Below are positions 26,201-39,096 of a stretch of 64,000 bases of DNA, piece by piece. Source of the stretch: Mustelus asterias. Taxonomy: Eukaryota. The position numbers and the translations under genes are program-made. The stretch covers positions 1 to 64,000 of the forward strand of contig NW_027590242.1 in the NCBI RefSeq assembly GCF_964213995.1, read 5' to 3'. The notes below the pieces were generated by a model. That model worked only from the letters and a program-made list of their open reading frames with translations. It ran no database searches and was not told where the DNA came from. Each line of letters starts with the position of its first letter. The first letter of the stretch is position 1.

Positions 26201-27096
26201 GATACCATTGTTTATTGCCCCTTCCGTCACGTTACTGATAATCAGGAGTAGACTGATGGTAATTTGCGGCGTTGGATTTGACCTGATATTTGTAAACCGG
26301 GCAATCTTGGGCAAATTGAAGCATTGGCGGTTAGATGGCAGTGTTGTAGCGTAGGAACAGCTTAGCTCAGATTGCGGTAAGATCTGAATCTGAATTCTTC
26401 AGCACCATTGCCAGAATATATTTTTACGGCCATAGCATTTGCTCTTTTTCAATGCTTTCAACTTTATTTTTCTTTAATTCAAATCAAATGGAATTGGCAT
26501 TTTTTTCCGTTCAGTGTCTTCCCCACTCTGTCTCTTTCTTTCTCTTTGTAGATCTGCGTCGGTTATTCCCTCGCTCAGTCTCTCCATCCAATTCCCCTCT
26601 TTTGTTCTTTTTTATTCATTCCATTCTCTCCATGTCTGGGTGGAACCAAGCTTCATTGAATTGATTCCTGAGATGAGGTGGTTGTTGAGCTGGGGACCCA
26701 TCTTGATTTTAACTGGCGGAGGAGACTCAACGGGACATGTGATCCAATCCCACCTCATTGGTTCTGTTCACTGCCAATACCAGCTCTGGTAGCAATCACT
26801 TCTGATGGTGTCACTGATGAAAATTCTGGGACACTAAATTGAGGATAGCGCTATTTGTGGAGGAGTGGGTTCAAATTCCCCCACCGTCAGATATTCACCT
26901 AATTTGCTTTAAACGTAACGAATAACGTTGGTCAAACATGTGATCGCCAAAATGTTTCGCAGTGGGATGTATCATCATTCATTTTGATTAGAGGAACCAG
27001 AAGAGGCGATGTAAAATGAGAAACTAACGGGATTGTGGAAGCAGTTTTGTTGCTTCTCCAGTAAACCTCATCTGCTTCAGCTGCACGGACTGCTGT

Positions 27097-27169
27097 GTTT
27101 CTGCAGTGTAATGGTTATCACGTTCATCTCACACGCGAAACGTTCCTGGTTCAAGACCGCGTAGAAGCA
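27097..27169 (+). pseudogene. tRNA-Val(CAC) pseudogene
   Basis: GTTTCTGCAGTGTAATGGTTATCACGTTCATCTCACACGCGAAA...GGTTCAAGACC. Paralogs lie at 48846-48918 and 63475-63548. Confidence 0.75.
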
Positions 27170-28087
27170 TTTCCAAATGTTTTTTTATTGCTCACTGATT
27201 CATATTTCAGAATTATTCTCGCTTCTCACGAAACTTGAATTGAACTGTTGAGTTATTGCAGCATTTAAGTCGGGAATTGCTCTGTAATGAGAACAAAACG
27301 GAAGGTATGTGATAGAGAGCAAGACAGGATGGATTAACTGACACAACGAATGATGGACAAGTGCAACATTGAGCTTGTGATGGTGGAGTCCGGGTGATCT
27401 ATTGCTGCCGAATCAGTGTTTTCACCGCCAGGGCCCGGGGTTTATAACAATCGATAACTCAGTAGAACATTTTGAATTTGCTCCGTTTATGGGGATAATT
27501 GAATTTGAACACAAGGAAAGAGGCGCATTTTACTGGAATCATAAATTGATATCATGATTGAGCGAATGTGTCTCAGCCGAAAGTGGCCTGAAATGAAGCA
27601 ATGAAATCAATCGATGATAATCAACTGATTGCAAATCTCTTAAATCAGCTTCACTGGAAGTTTCGTGTTCAGGATTCAGTACGGTGGTTCGGGTTTGATT
27701 TCCACCCAAGGAGTGAATAACTTTCTATAATTCTTCATTGAATTCAAACACACCTCACAGCATCTGTGAAGGGCGAAGCAAGATCATTCTTCCAGCTGGA
27801 TGAACTTGCACTAGAGTTGGAAAAGTCAGAGATGTAACATCAGCAATAAGCTCTGACGAAGAATCACACGGCAAACACACGGCAGACAGTGATCACTGAA
27901 AGTAACTGACACATTTCAAATTCTGCCGTTTCCCATTAACCTCTTTGAACTTCGTATTCTCCATCTCAGACATTTCCTGTGAATTAAATATTACCCACAA
28001 AATCTTCGCTCTGATGCTCGTTCCACTGATTATAGTGGAGTAACTGTTAAAATGGACATCCGGTTGGCTTCATAGCTCAGAGCGCCA

Positions 28088-28143
28088 GTCATCGTGGCTG
28101 GCTGGTTAACGTGATGGATTTCAAGTCCATTGGGATTTCCTGC
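28088..28143 (+). pseudogene. tRNA-Ser 5' relic
   Basis: GTCATCGTGGCTGGCTGGTTAACGTGATGGATTTCAAGTCCATTGGGATTTCC resembles vertebrate tRNA-Ser. Confidence 0.5.
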
Positions 28144-29682
28144 TTCTGATTATTCCTGGTTTTAACTCTGTGTCCACAGAGCGAATTGAATCAAATCCAC
28201 CCAAACATTCGGGCGGTTTCACATTTCCGTTCATTCACAAAAGCATCACGGAACTTGCAGTCAGAAATGGAACAGAGACGGAGCCAGGTTGTGTTTTCAG
28301 TGTGTTGTCTCTCCTTCGGCCTCTGTCACCCTGGGTGTGTGTACGTGTCTGGGTTTCTCTGTGTATGTCAATGTGCTTCAGCTCCCCCTTGGAAATGAAC
28401 AGCTTTTTACCGTCACAAAATTATCCACATTAGTTCAACAGTTTAATCATGAAATGTTTCCGAGAAAAGATCAGAGTGAAAGATGTAAGAGGAGTTTGTA
28501 ATGTTTGGAAGGAGGTGCAGCAAATAAATAGAAGATGGGAATGATGTTACTGGTGACTGAGAGGAATGCATTGTAACGGTGGGGATTTTGTTGATCGGTT
28601 GATGGTAAACTTTGGATTCAGAACAAGCTGAGACACCAGGTGGAAACAGCATTTGGCTTCACGTATGTTCAGAAAGGGTGCAAGCATCGCTACAGCAGGA
28701 GGACGGTTAGCATAGTGGGAGCATATCAGATGTAATTTCAGAATCGTTGGTTGCAGCCCCACGTTAGGCTCCATCGTATTTAAACTTTGCTGCTTTCCTG
28801 GGTGAACTCCAGCTCTCCACACCTCCGGCAGCGTCACCAATCAAACTGAACCTTTTTCCATCCCGCTTTGTTGATCTCAGTGTCTGAATGAAAACTAATG
28901 TTCATTCGGTGAGAAGTTTTCTTCTTCGCCTGGGAATTTTTATCCAAAAATGCGTGATATTTTTGTCAGTGTAAGCGGTTAAATCTGGCCCATTAGCACC
29001 CAGACGTTACCTTGTATCACGATCTCTATCGGCAGAACCTTACAATCTATCACTGTCCTTCACTATCTGTGTTTGTCCTTTACCTGTTGCACATGTGACA
29101 TTTCCAGCTCGCAAGCCAACTACAAATCTCACTCCACTGATTCTGACAGAGCTGCTTTCGATCAGGAAGTACTTCAAGTTTTTTTTAAATCAAAACCATT
29201 AAATCTTAGTACATCGAAGCCAGTCTGCGACTCTGAAAACGCCGACCCCTCACCACTCGATGACCAGGATCCCACCTGCCCGATTCTCCCAGATACTGAT
29301 TACAGCAATGTGCACAGTGCCAATTATCCACAGTCACACTCTGCTTCCTGTCTGTTAAGGTTAGAAATTGTTCACATTTTCACACTGGCTTCCAATGCGA
29401 CGAAAATAGAGGGTGAACAGCTGATGCTGTTCAGTAGATTGACCACAATAGAGTTTGTAACAGGTCGATGCTAACATTGCTGTTTGAATGTGGTGAGCTG
29501 CAGTGAAATTCAATGCAGTTGAAGGTAGAGTACTCATTATTTTCGGAGGAAACAGCAGGGCAATGTCAGTATGAATTGCTGTGGGTAATTGACGGGATTG
29601 TGGAATGGGAATGATTTTTCTCCCTGCTGTTCAGACTGGCACAAATATTGCATGATTATTTGCAGGCGGATATTGTGTGTTG

Positions 29683-29754
29683 GGTTCCGTGGTGTAATGG
29701 TGAGCACTCTGGACTCTGAATCCAGCGATCTGAGTTCAAATCTCGGCGGAACCT
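29683..29754 (+). tRNA. tRNA-Gln(CTG)
   Basis: GGTTCCGTGGTGTAATGGTGAGCACTCTGGACTCTGAATCCAGCGATCTGAGTTCAAATCTCGGCGGAACCT. Confidence 0.92.
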
Positions 29755-30007
29755 TGGTCAACGCTAATGGTTGATTTGCCGAAGGGCGTTTCGTTCAATT
29801 TTTTCACAACGTACGAATCGAGAGGGCAATTTGTCAGCCAGTTCAACTGCTATTACAATGCGCATTGCTGAGCCTCTGGCGCCAGATGCCTGCCGCATCA
29901 ATGTCTTTTCATATTTTATCTTCTCTTTAATTCCTCTGTTGAAAGAAAGGAGCAGCTGGTGCCACACAGCAACAGCCCTTCGAATGGAGTCCAGCAATTA
30001 TTGAGCA

Positions 30008-30008
<1 letters not shown>

Positions 30009-30039
<31 letters not shown>

Positions 30040-30079
30040 CGCGCGCGCGTGCGCGTGAGAGAGAGAGAGAGAGAGAGAG
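30009..30079. repeat. Compound (TG)n(CG)n(AG)n microsatellite
   Basis: Read directly. Related TG tracts sit at the same position in paralogous units (~49227, 50930, 51675-51775). Confidence 0.9.
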
Positions 30080-30142
30080 CGAGTGGAGGTACGTGTGTGT
30101 GTTTTGGGAGACAAGTCTAGTGTCTTCGGTCACTGTGCTGTC

Positions 30143-33100
30143 GATTCCATGGTGTAACGGATCGCACTCTGGCCTCTCGCTTCCGAAATCTTTAAATTGG
30201 GACAGATGAGTGAGTGAATGACACGACACATGAAGATGGACCCCCCCCCCCCCTTTCTACAGTGGCTTCCCTGCCTCTCAGCGCATTGTATTCCTGAGCA
30301 ATCATCCTCTGGGGCTGATGCAATGACGCCAGGAGAGGCATTCGCTGCAGCGTCTGCAATTTGAATGCCGTGGAATTTGCTGAGATTTCGTCAGTGTTTA
30401 GATTTCCACTTTCTGACAATTTAAAATAAAATGCCCTTCTGCAAACCCATCATCGGCTTTAGCAAAAAAAATCAAGGTTTTGCCACGATACGAACTCGAA
30501 TTGCTGGATTCAGATTCCAGAGCGCTCACCGGTACACCACAGATCACAGAACACGCCCATTGCCGGCAAATGATCACTCGAACAATTTGATCTCTTTCAT
30601 TCGATGTGACAGCAACAGCAAGTATGATAACAATGTGTCGTTATAGGCCACCGTTGATATCAGAAAAGCTCAGAAGGCAGAGTGCCCCAAATATCAAATT
30701 ATTTAATCGCAAGACCTATCGGGAGATATCTCCAGAAATAGCCATGTTTCGCAGGTCATTTGCAAGCCATTGCGGTGCTCTGTGTTCCGTGGTGTAATGG
30801 TGAGCTCGCTGAACTTTCAATGCTGCGATCTGAGTTCAAATCTCGGTGGAGCCTTGCTCTCCTTTACCAATGCTGATAATTGATTTTCTCCATGACATTT
30901 ATTCTCCATTTGTCACCATGTACGAATCGAGAGGGCACTTTGTCAATACACATTGCTGAGACTCTGGCGCCAGATCCTTGCAGCTTCAGTGTTTTTATGT
31001 TTTCATCTTTCGCTACTCTTTGACGTTCTGTCGAATCAGAGGAGCAGTTGGTGTCAAACAACAACCCGACTGGAGCCTGGCAATAATTGAGCAAGAGTGT
31101 GTATGTGTGAGAATTGGGTGAAAGGTCTCCCGCATTAAAACAGCGCCCAGTTGGTTCCATGGTGTAACGGTGAGCACTCTGGATTTTGAATCCAGCATTC
31201 CGAGCTCGAATCTCAATGAAACCACTATTCTCAACGCCCGAACTCCTGCTTAACTTGGGGCAGATGACTCAGCGAATTATATCGGTAGAATAACTGTGGT
31301 TAGCACTGCTGCCTCCCAGTAACAGGGCCCGTGTTCAGTTCTGGCTTCGGGTGACTGTGTGCAGTTTGCACATTCTCCCCGTGTCTGTATGTGTGGAAAT
31401 CTAAACACTGACGAAATCTCAGCAAATTCCACGGCATTCAAATTGCAAATTGTGCGGATTAGGTTGATTGGTCATGTTACGTTACCCTTAGAGTCAGGGG
31501 ATTAACTGGGTAAATATCCGGGATTACAGGGATGGAGACTGGGTGCGTTTGCTGCTGGTGCCGGATGAGCCAAATTGCTTCCTTCTACACGATAAGGGTT
31601 CTATGATTCTGCCTCCGAACTCTTCATTTTCTTGAGCAATCGTCCTCTGTGACTGAAGCCATGAAGCTAGGAAATCATTTCCTGCATCGTCTGCAATATG
31701 GATGCGGTGGAATTTGCTGAAATTTCTTCAGAGTTTAAAATTTCACTTTCTGCCAATTTTTAATAAAATACCCTTCAGCAAACCAATCATCGCCTTTAGC
31801 AAAGAAAAGCAAGGCTCCACCGAGATCTGATTTCAGTTTACTGGATTCAGAGTTCAGAATGCTCACCGTTACACCACAGAACCGGGAACATGGGCGCCAC
31901 TTGCAAATCGTCATCAACCGCATTTGGTTCTGTGGTGAAACTGTGGGCACTCCAGAGTCTGAATCCAGCGACCTGAGTTCGAATCTCCTTGGAACGTTGT
32001 TTTTCTTTGCCAATTCTGATGATTGATTTGCTAGATGATATTTGATTTGATTTTGATTTAATTTATTATTGTCACGTGTATTAGTATACAGTGAAAAGTA
32101 TTGTTTCTTGCGCATTATACAGACAAAGCATAACGTTCATAGGGAAAGAAATGAGAGAGTGCAGAATGTAATGTCACAGTCATAGCGAGGGTGTAGAGAA
32201 AGGTCAACTTAATAGAAGGTAGGTACATTCAAAAGTCTGATGGGAGCAGGACAGAAACTCTTCCTGAGTCAGCTGGTACGTGACCTCAGACTTTTGTATC
32301 TTTTTTCCCAACGGAAGTAGGTGAAAGAGAGAATGTCCGGGGTGCGTGGGGTGCTTAATTATGTTGGCTGCTTTGCCGAGGCAACCGAGGTTTAACTTTC
32401 TCACAAAGTATGAATCGAGAGGACAATTTGAAAGCCAGTTCAACTTCAATGAGAATGCACATTGCAGAGAAAATGTGTGTGTGTGACTAAGAGAAAGATC
32501 TGGGAAAATGGCCTGCTGCCTTAAACCAGTGGCCTGTCGGTTCTATGGTGAACTAGTTAGCTTTCTGGTTTGTGAATCAAGCAAACTGAGTTCGAATTTC
32601 CGTGGAGCCACTATTCTTTTCGTTCTAAGTCTTGTTTAAATTGGGAGAAAGGACTCAGTAAATGATACCGGTTGGGGAACCCCTGCACTCTGTGGCATTT
32701 CCGGCACGGTGGCACAATGCTACCTCACAGTGTTAGGCACCGGGTTTCAATTCTGGCTTCGGGTGACATTCTGCAGTTTGTACATTCTCCTCGTGTCTGC
32801 GTGTGTGGAAGGAAGCTGAGCATCCGGCGCAGAATCCAAAGGTGTGTGGGTAGGTTGATTGGCCATGCTACTTTGCCCGTAGTGTCAGGGGGACTAAGAG
32901 GGTAAGTGTATGGGGATAGGGCCAGGGTGTGATTGTTATCGGCGCAATTCTGCACTGCAGGGATTTTATGATTCTGCCTCCGAGCTCTATTCTTTCTTGA
33001 ACAATCGCCCTCGAGGGCTGAAGCAATAACACCAGGAGAATCATTCGCTGCATCGTCTGCAATGTGATTGCGGTGGAATTTGCTGAAATTTCCTCAGAGT

Positions 33101-33437
33101 CTAAAATTCACTTTCTGAGAATTTCAAATAAAATGTCCTTCAGCAAACCAATCACCGGCTTTAGCAAATAGAAGGAACGTTTAACCGAGATCTGAACTCG
33201 TATTACTGAATTCAGAGTCCAGAGTGCTCACCGTCGCACCACTTAACCAGGAACAGAGCCGCCAGATGCAAATGGTCACTCAAAGTATGTGACCTCCTTC
33301 ATTCAATGTGGGAGGAACAACAAGTGGATCAATTGCTTTGAGCGACCATTTGAAGCCGACTGGTCTGTTGTCGGTTTTCTGGTCTAACTGTGAGCACTCT
33401 GGATCCAGCGAACCAGGTTTAAGTTTAGTTGGATCCT
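30143..33437. pseudogene. Array of ~9 degenerate tRNA-Gln copies on both strands
   Basis: Gln-like bodies at ~30143(+, half), 30476(-), 30783(+), 31153(+), 31812(-), 31926(+), 32539(+), 33177(-) and 33373(+). Confidence 0.8.
32040..32385 (-). mobile_element. Rex1/Babar LINE 3' fragment
   Basis: Reverse complement of 12295-12632. Further 3' fragments lie at ~13085-13215(-) and 57005-57176(+). Confidence 0.8.
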
Positions 33438-34051
33438 TGATCTTCTTTCCCATTGCTGAGGATTAGTTTGTGAAACGACCTTTTATTTAAATTTCTCATG
33501 AAGTAGGAATCTGGAGGACAGTTTGTCAGCCAGTTCAACTTCTCTTACATTGCACATTGCTGAGCCTCTGGGGACAGATGCCTGCAACAACAATGTTTTG
33601 TTTCCATCTTTTCGCGACATACACAATTGTTTCCTTTTCTTCATGTTGAGCTCCTGTTTTCTCTTTTTGGTGTCTGTTACAGTTGTACATATATTGGGCA
33701 GCTCAGAGCACACGTGCTCTGTTCTCAATATGAAAATCAATTGTTATGTTCCCTTCTGTGAACTTTAAAAAAACGTTTCTGTAAAATGTTCTCTGAATTT
33801 TTAAAATAAATCTTGAATAAAAAATGAACAAATTATCACTTTGCCAAACTCCTTTCCCCATCAGGCAAAATGGATATCCATCTTTGTGTCCAATCTGCGC
33901 TTCAAACCACATCTCTCAGAGTAAAATATAACTCTCTTCCACACTGTACGAGGCACGCTGTCCAAGTATAAGGATCTCCCACACCGCAACACAGTCTTGT
34001 GCAATCTCTCAGGGAGAAGTGGTACGTTGAGGCACATAATTCGAATCAATG

Positions 34052-34065
34052 CCACCAGAGGGCGT
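34052..34065 (+). promoter_or_regulatory. CTCF-binding motif
   Basis: CCACCAGAGGGCGT, ~1.2 kb upstream of the intact V segment. Confidence 0.6.
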
Positions 34066-35223
34066 TTCAGCTTTACTCGAGTTTCAGCATTGGGATATTG
34101 ACTCGCTCTCAGTGAATATATGCCAGATACTTACTTTCATACCTAACATAAATGGACATTAATGATTGCAACCCAGTTCAATGCAACCAAAAATAGCTAC
34201 TTGAATAGGCATCTACGGAACTATGACCAAACGTTCCTCAGCAACAGCACTGGTCGGCAGCTCAGTCTCGATATTGACATTCTCAATAAAACATTCGCCT
34301 TTAAAACATTTTCAACATTGAGAGCAGAACGGTAGAATACACTGGAGTGTTTTACCTATAGTGACGTGTGATGCGACAATGACCATGCTCCAATGTCGGC
34401 TGCAGGTTCCTACAGTCAATGCTTTTCCATTTTTTCAAATCTTCTGGCCTGAATATCATAAAACCATCGAATCCCTGCAGTGCAGAAGGAGGCAATTTGG
34501 CCCATTGAACCTTCACCGACTCCCTGACACCAATCCCACTCAGGCCCTATCTCCGGAAGCCCACATATTCCGCTAATCCCCCTAACCTACACACACATCT
34601 TGGGACACTAAGGGGCATGTGAGCTCGGCCAATCCACCTAACCTGCATAGCTTTGGAGTTTGGGATGAAACATCAGCACCGGGAGGAACTTTCTATTACT
34701 GGAAAAGCTAGATGTGCTACACATCCTCTTTCACCATATTAATAGTCCCGAGAGACCACAGCAGTTTAAGAACCTCTCCTTCTCAAGGGTAATTAGGAAT
34801 GGAGTTGAAATCTAGACTTCCCAGTAACGCTGACATTACTTCATGTATTAATAATAATTAAAGCCCGTGAGAGGAATTTCACTGCAGTCATGGTTATCAC
34901 TACGCTGCTAGTGGAGCAAAATCCGTGAAAACAAAGTGACAAATTCATTCAAAAATTATTTACTTTCTTTAGTACAATTATGGTGAAGGTTCCTTCCCCA
35001 ACTCTGGTGTATAATACGGGAAGCATTTTCTCTGCAAGAATAGTGACTGTAATGCAGCTCGGGGTGATTCTCTTTGCTATCTGCCGGCCTCACAGCACCA
35101 ATGGAAAAGCAAGGAGGTGAGGTGAGTACAGCCTGAGACACGGCAGCAGATTATTGAGGGCGGGGTTTAGAAAGGGTGGCTAAATATCCAACACCCTCCC
35201 CTTTCACAGAGCGGACAGAGACA

Positions 35224-35678
35224 ATGCGGCTGCTCAGCATCTGGGTTGTGTGCGGAATATTTCTGGCAGGTAAATGTGGATGCGTTCTTTCATTCCCCAA
35301 GCTTGATTGGAATCAAATTCCAACCAGCCACCGGTCTATACTTTTCCTGATTAATTTATTATATTCCAGATCTGAGTCATGGAGATTCTGTCACTCAGCC
35401 GCTGCCCTCAGATGTTAAGGCAGAAGGAGCAGCGCTCATATTCACCTGTAACTATGAAACTACACAGAGAAACTATGCATTACACTGGTACCGCCAACTC
35501 CCAGGAAACCATCCCGAGTTTATAGTGTGGAGAAGTACATACAACAGTGAAGATAAAGCAGATTTTGCCAAAAGCCGTTTCTCTATCGAGCTTCATACAT
35601 CGACTAAATTCACCAGTTTAACTGTTTCGGATCTGCAGCTGACTGATGTCGCCGTGTATTACTGCGCTTTACAGCTAT
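35224..35678 (+). CDS. Intact TCR alpha/delta V segment (family C); leader exon 35224-35269, intron 35270-35369, V exon 35370-35678
   Basis: Spliced frame is open: MRLLSIWVVCGIFLA-DLSHGDSVTQPLPSDVKAEGAALIFTCNYETTQRNYALHWYRQLPGNHPEFIVWRSTYNSEDKADFAKSRFSIELHTSTKFTSLTVSDLQLTDVAVYYCALQL. GT-AG phase-1 intron, with conserved Cys, WYRQ and YYC. Confidence 0.93.
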
Positions 35679-35717
35679 CACAGTGATGGAAAGCAGTCTC
35701 ACCCCTGCACAAAAACT
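35679..35717 (+). other. Canonical 23-RSS
   Basis: CACAGTG-23 nt-ACAAAAACT. Confidence 0.95.
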
Positions 35718-37498
35718 GCCTTTGGATTGTTGGTGCGAGCTCTGTTCTGTTGAGCGTTAAGTAGGAGTGCGGTTGTTGCAGTGCAGCGGCGCTCACAGGC
35801 GCTCAGATACACACCGAGAGGAAACCAAATTAACCCCGGATCAAACTGTCACCCAACAGTTAGCAGGAGAGACTGAGAAAATGAAATGCAGAACTGCAGT
35901 GGAACAGAGAAACATCACATAATCATAACTGAAGCCACCCGTTATAATCCCCGCCCTCAATGATCCGACGTCCTGTGTGAGCTGGATGTCAGTGAAAGGA
36001 AACACCTCGATCTGTGCTGCAGCCAATGTCCTGGTGGGAGACAGCGTTCTGCTGTGTGGGTTGGTTTGTTAATGATCATCAGAAAAACAATAGTTAAAGG
36101 AAAAGGGGAAACAAGATTAGCCTCAGGAGACACCCTGAAGCACAAGCAGCTCATTCTCAATTCTCAGTTACTACTTTGTGGAACAAGTTGGTTGCAGATA
36201 CGCTGTTTCTGATCCAGTAACACGCACTGATTAAATATAGCTCTGAACAGACCAGTTGTAAGCTGCTGGAGAGTGAGGGAGGAGATGATAAATGGTTGTT
36301 TCATAGGCGGGCAGGTGGGGAACGGGTAGTAAAGGAGACAAAAAGCACATTAAAATATCATGAGCGCATTTATGACGTTTAACTTCTGTATAAAGGCGAC
36401 TTGTAATCAACTAATGTAATAAGTCCACTGGTGGCCATGTGAACATACAAATTCGGAGCTGGAGTAGGCAACCGTGCCACCTCGAGACTGCCCGACATTT
36501 GATAAGATCCTGGCGGATTGAATTGTGACATCTCTATTTCCATGTCTCCCCTGTACACTCTGACTCCCTGGTCATTCAATAATCGACCTCACCCCGTCCT
36601 AATTGTTTTCAATGAACTTGCCACCACTGATTTCTGGGGAAGGGGATATCACAGACCAAATAACATCATGGTGACAAAAAGGCATAATCTCATCATTTCT
36701 GAGGGGACCTTGAGGAGTTTATTAACATTATCTCCCAAGTTTTTGTCCCTGTCACAAAGGAAACATCCTTTTAGTTTGGAATTAACCTCTGCACATTCTA
36801 TACTGACCCAGCGATGATAACGGAAAAACCGTATAATTCCAGGAATGAATGATACGGATTTTTTCTGTTTTATTCAAATAGGTTATGTATTTTTAAAATA
36901 TCTTTAACACTATGCTATATTACTCTGCACACAACTGGCCTTGACAGGCCGGAAGGAGATTTATTGGAATGGTATTTGTGATCAGGGAGCTCTCCAAATT
37001 TGGTCAGCTCAAACAGTGTAAAACTGATAGCAATTCCGCACCACTCGAGGTCACTGGGGGACGAGACACCAAAACTTTCTCCAAAACAAACCATTTTAAA
37101 ATTAATTTGACCGAGTGTGGGATTCGTTGCTGAGTCCACAATTTATTGTATTCCCTAATTGCTTTTCAAATGGTGGTGATGATGTTGGGGCTGCCCTCTT
37201 CCAGGCCAGCTGATATCAAGAAAACCAAACTCAGCTGTGAGTTCAAACTGCAGTTTCACTATCTTGCGATTAAACTATTACAATATCACCATCTGGTGGT
37301 GACTTGCACTTACGGCAGGCGCTGGCCTCTGTGAGTCTCGGGGAAGTTCAGGCACTGGATGGCTGGAACTGGCATCCGGTTGATGAAGTGCCAATATGGA
37401 ATAACATTGTTCATTCCCTTTTGCAAACTTTCATTCCTAAATTGGAATGGAAGTTTGCAACATGTGCTCGGGTGGTGCATTCGCCTATTTGTCACCAG

Positions 37499-37784
37499 GC
37501 ACTGTATAAGAATTTTGTGACCCATTCCCCATGGGAGATATTGTCTGGAGTTGCAGTTCGGGATTATTGTGTACATTAATATTTAAAATAAATATTATTG
37601 AAGATATATGGCACGGGAGATACGTTTCAAGATCTACCGGACAGATGTTCTTGCTGTTTTGCGCAAAGGAAATAAAACTGTTCTTTTTGATGTTGCCGGG
37701 ATGCTTCTCTCTGACACCGCCGTGTATCACTGTGCCACGGAGCCCACACTGCTGCAGAGACCGAGCGGATCCCAGACAATAACC
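37499..37784 (+). pseudogene. TCR V relic with a family B-type 3' end and RSS
   Basis: Degenerate FR1 (VTHSPWEI..DYC) and FR3 LLSDTAVYHCATEP. RSS CACACTG-24-ACAATAACC at 37745-37784. Confidence 0.7.
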
Positions 37785-37810
37785 CCACACATGGGAGTTC
37801 CAGTTAGGTA

Positions 37811-37824
37811 CCACTAGATGGCGG
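37811..37824 (+). promoter_or_regulatory. CTCF-binding motif just downstream of a V RSS
   Basis: CCACTAGATGGCGG, 26 bp past the nonamer. Confidence 0.62.
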
Positions 37825-38599
37825 TCTTACGCTGGTAAACATAATCAATAATTCACTCTCCATGTAAGTCACAGGGAACTTCCCAAGAGGTCAGAAAAAA
37901 AACACAATCTCAACAAGAGGTGAGCAACATTTGAGGAGTTATATTAGTTTATTTTAACTTGCATTTGTGCTATCGCCGATCTTCTTAAATCTATTCCATT
38001 TAGCTCAGTTGTTGCCCTTGGATGCAGTTTCCGTGTCTCTAATATTGAACAACTCAATCCCCCTCTCCCCTGACAGGTTTCTGAAGTCTATTACCGCGGC
38101 CTGGTCACTGGGTTTATTTGATCCGAGAGATGTACTGCTTCCGAGAAAGTGTATACACAATGAAGAAATTTCACAATGAAGTGACTGTGATCTTTTAAAT
38201 AGACATTGAGCACAGAATTTCCCCAATGACCAGTGAACTTCAGAATGTTTCCTCAATGATGCTTGTTACTATAAAGCAACCAAGAATTTGCAGCTGCCAA
38301 TTAACAGAGCAGGGTTTCATCCCCGCAACCCCATCCGGAAAAGTGCACCCGTTCCCCTATCGAGATGCTGAAATCAGCTCGGCTCGAGGGATTTCCTTTC
38401 GATATCAGCCAGCTCATAACTGAGAGATCTCACAGACTCATAGAGACACAATGATTGAAGTGGCAGGATACTGGACACACTTGGGCTGATCACAGGTTAA
38501 TGAGCAATCTTGCATAACCGACAGTCACATTATGGCTGCATCTGCCCGCGATTCTGAGCAACCCGCAGCAGACAGGGTTTTCAACCTATAGTTAAAGAC

Positions 38600-39096
38600 A
38601 GTTTTTGTGCAGCAGTCAGACTGCTTTCCATCACTGTGAGTTTCAGCGAGAGCGCAGTAGTACAAGGCAGTGTCAGTCAGCTGCAGACCCGAGATGGTCA
38701 AACTGGTGAATTTACTCGATGCCTGAAGTTCTCCAGAGAAGCGGCTTTCAGCAAAATCTGCTACATCTTCACCAAACAATGAGTTCTTCCCCACTGTAAC
38801 ACAGGGTGTTGCCGGTACCAGTGTAAATTGTAGTTGCTCATTGTAGTATCAAAGGTACAGTTTAAAGTCACCGTTTCTCCTTCTGTCTGTTATTCTGAGG
38901 ACAGCGACTGAGTAACAGAATCTCCATGACCCAGATCTGAAAAACATGTTCGAACGAAAACAGATCAGAACAACTGAATACGTAAAATTCAGTTCAAAAA
39001 CAAATTTGTAAAATTAAAGTAGATATGAAATGCGTTTGGTCCATAATTACCTGTCAGGAATGTTCCCCGCACAATCCAGAAGCTGAGTAGCAGCAT
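38600..39096 (-). pseudogene. TCR alpha/delta V pseudogene (family C); leader 39096-39051, V exon 38936-38639, RSS 38638-38600
   Basis: MLLLSFWIVRGTFLT-DLGHGDSVTQSLSSE*..CTFDTTMSNYNLHWYRQHP, then a frameshift, then ADFAESRFSGELQASSKFTSLTISGLQLTDTALYYCALAET. Canonical CACAGTG-23-ACAAAAACT. Confidence 0.92.

Noticed and set aside
29683-33437. CRISPR-like regularly spaced repeats
   Set aside because: The repeats are eukaryotic tRNA-Gln paralogs with homologous, not unique, spacers.
33900-34050. Possible V relic upstream of the CTCF motif at 34052
   Set aside because: There is no recognisable Ig framework or nonamer.
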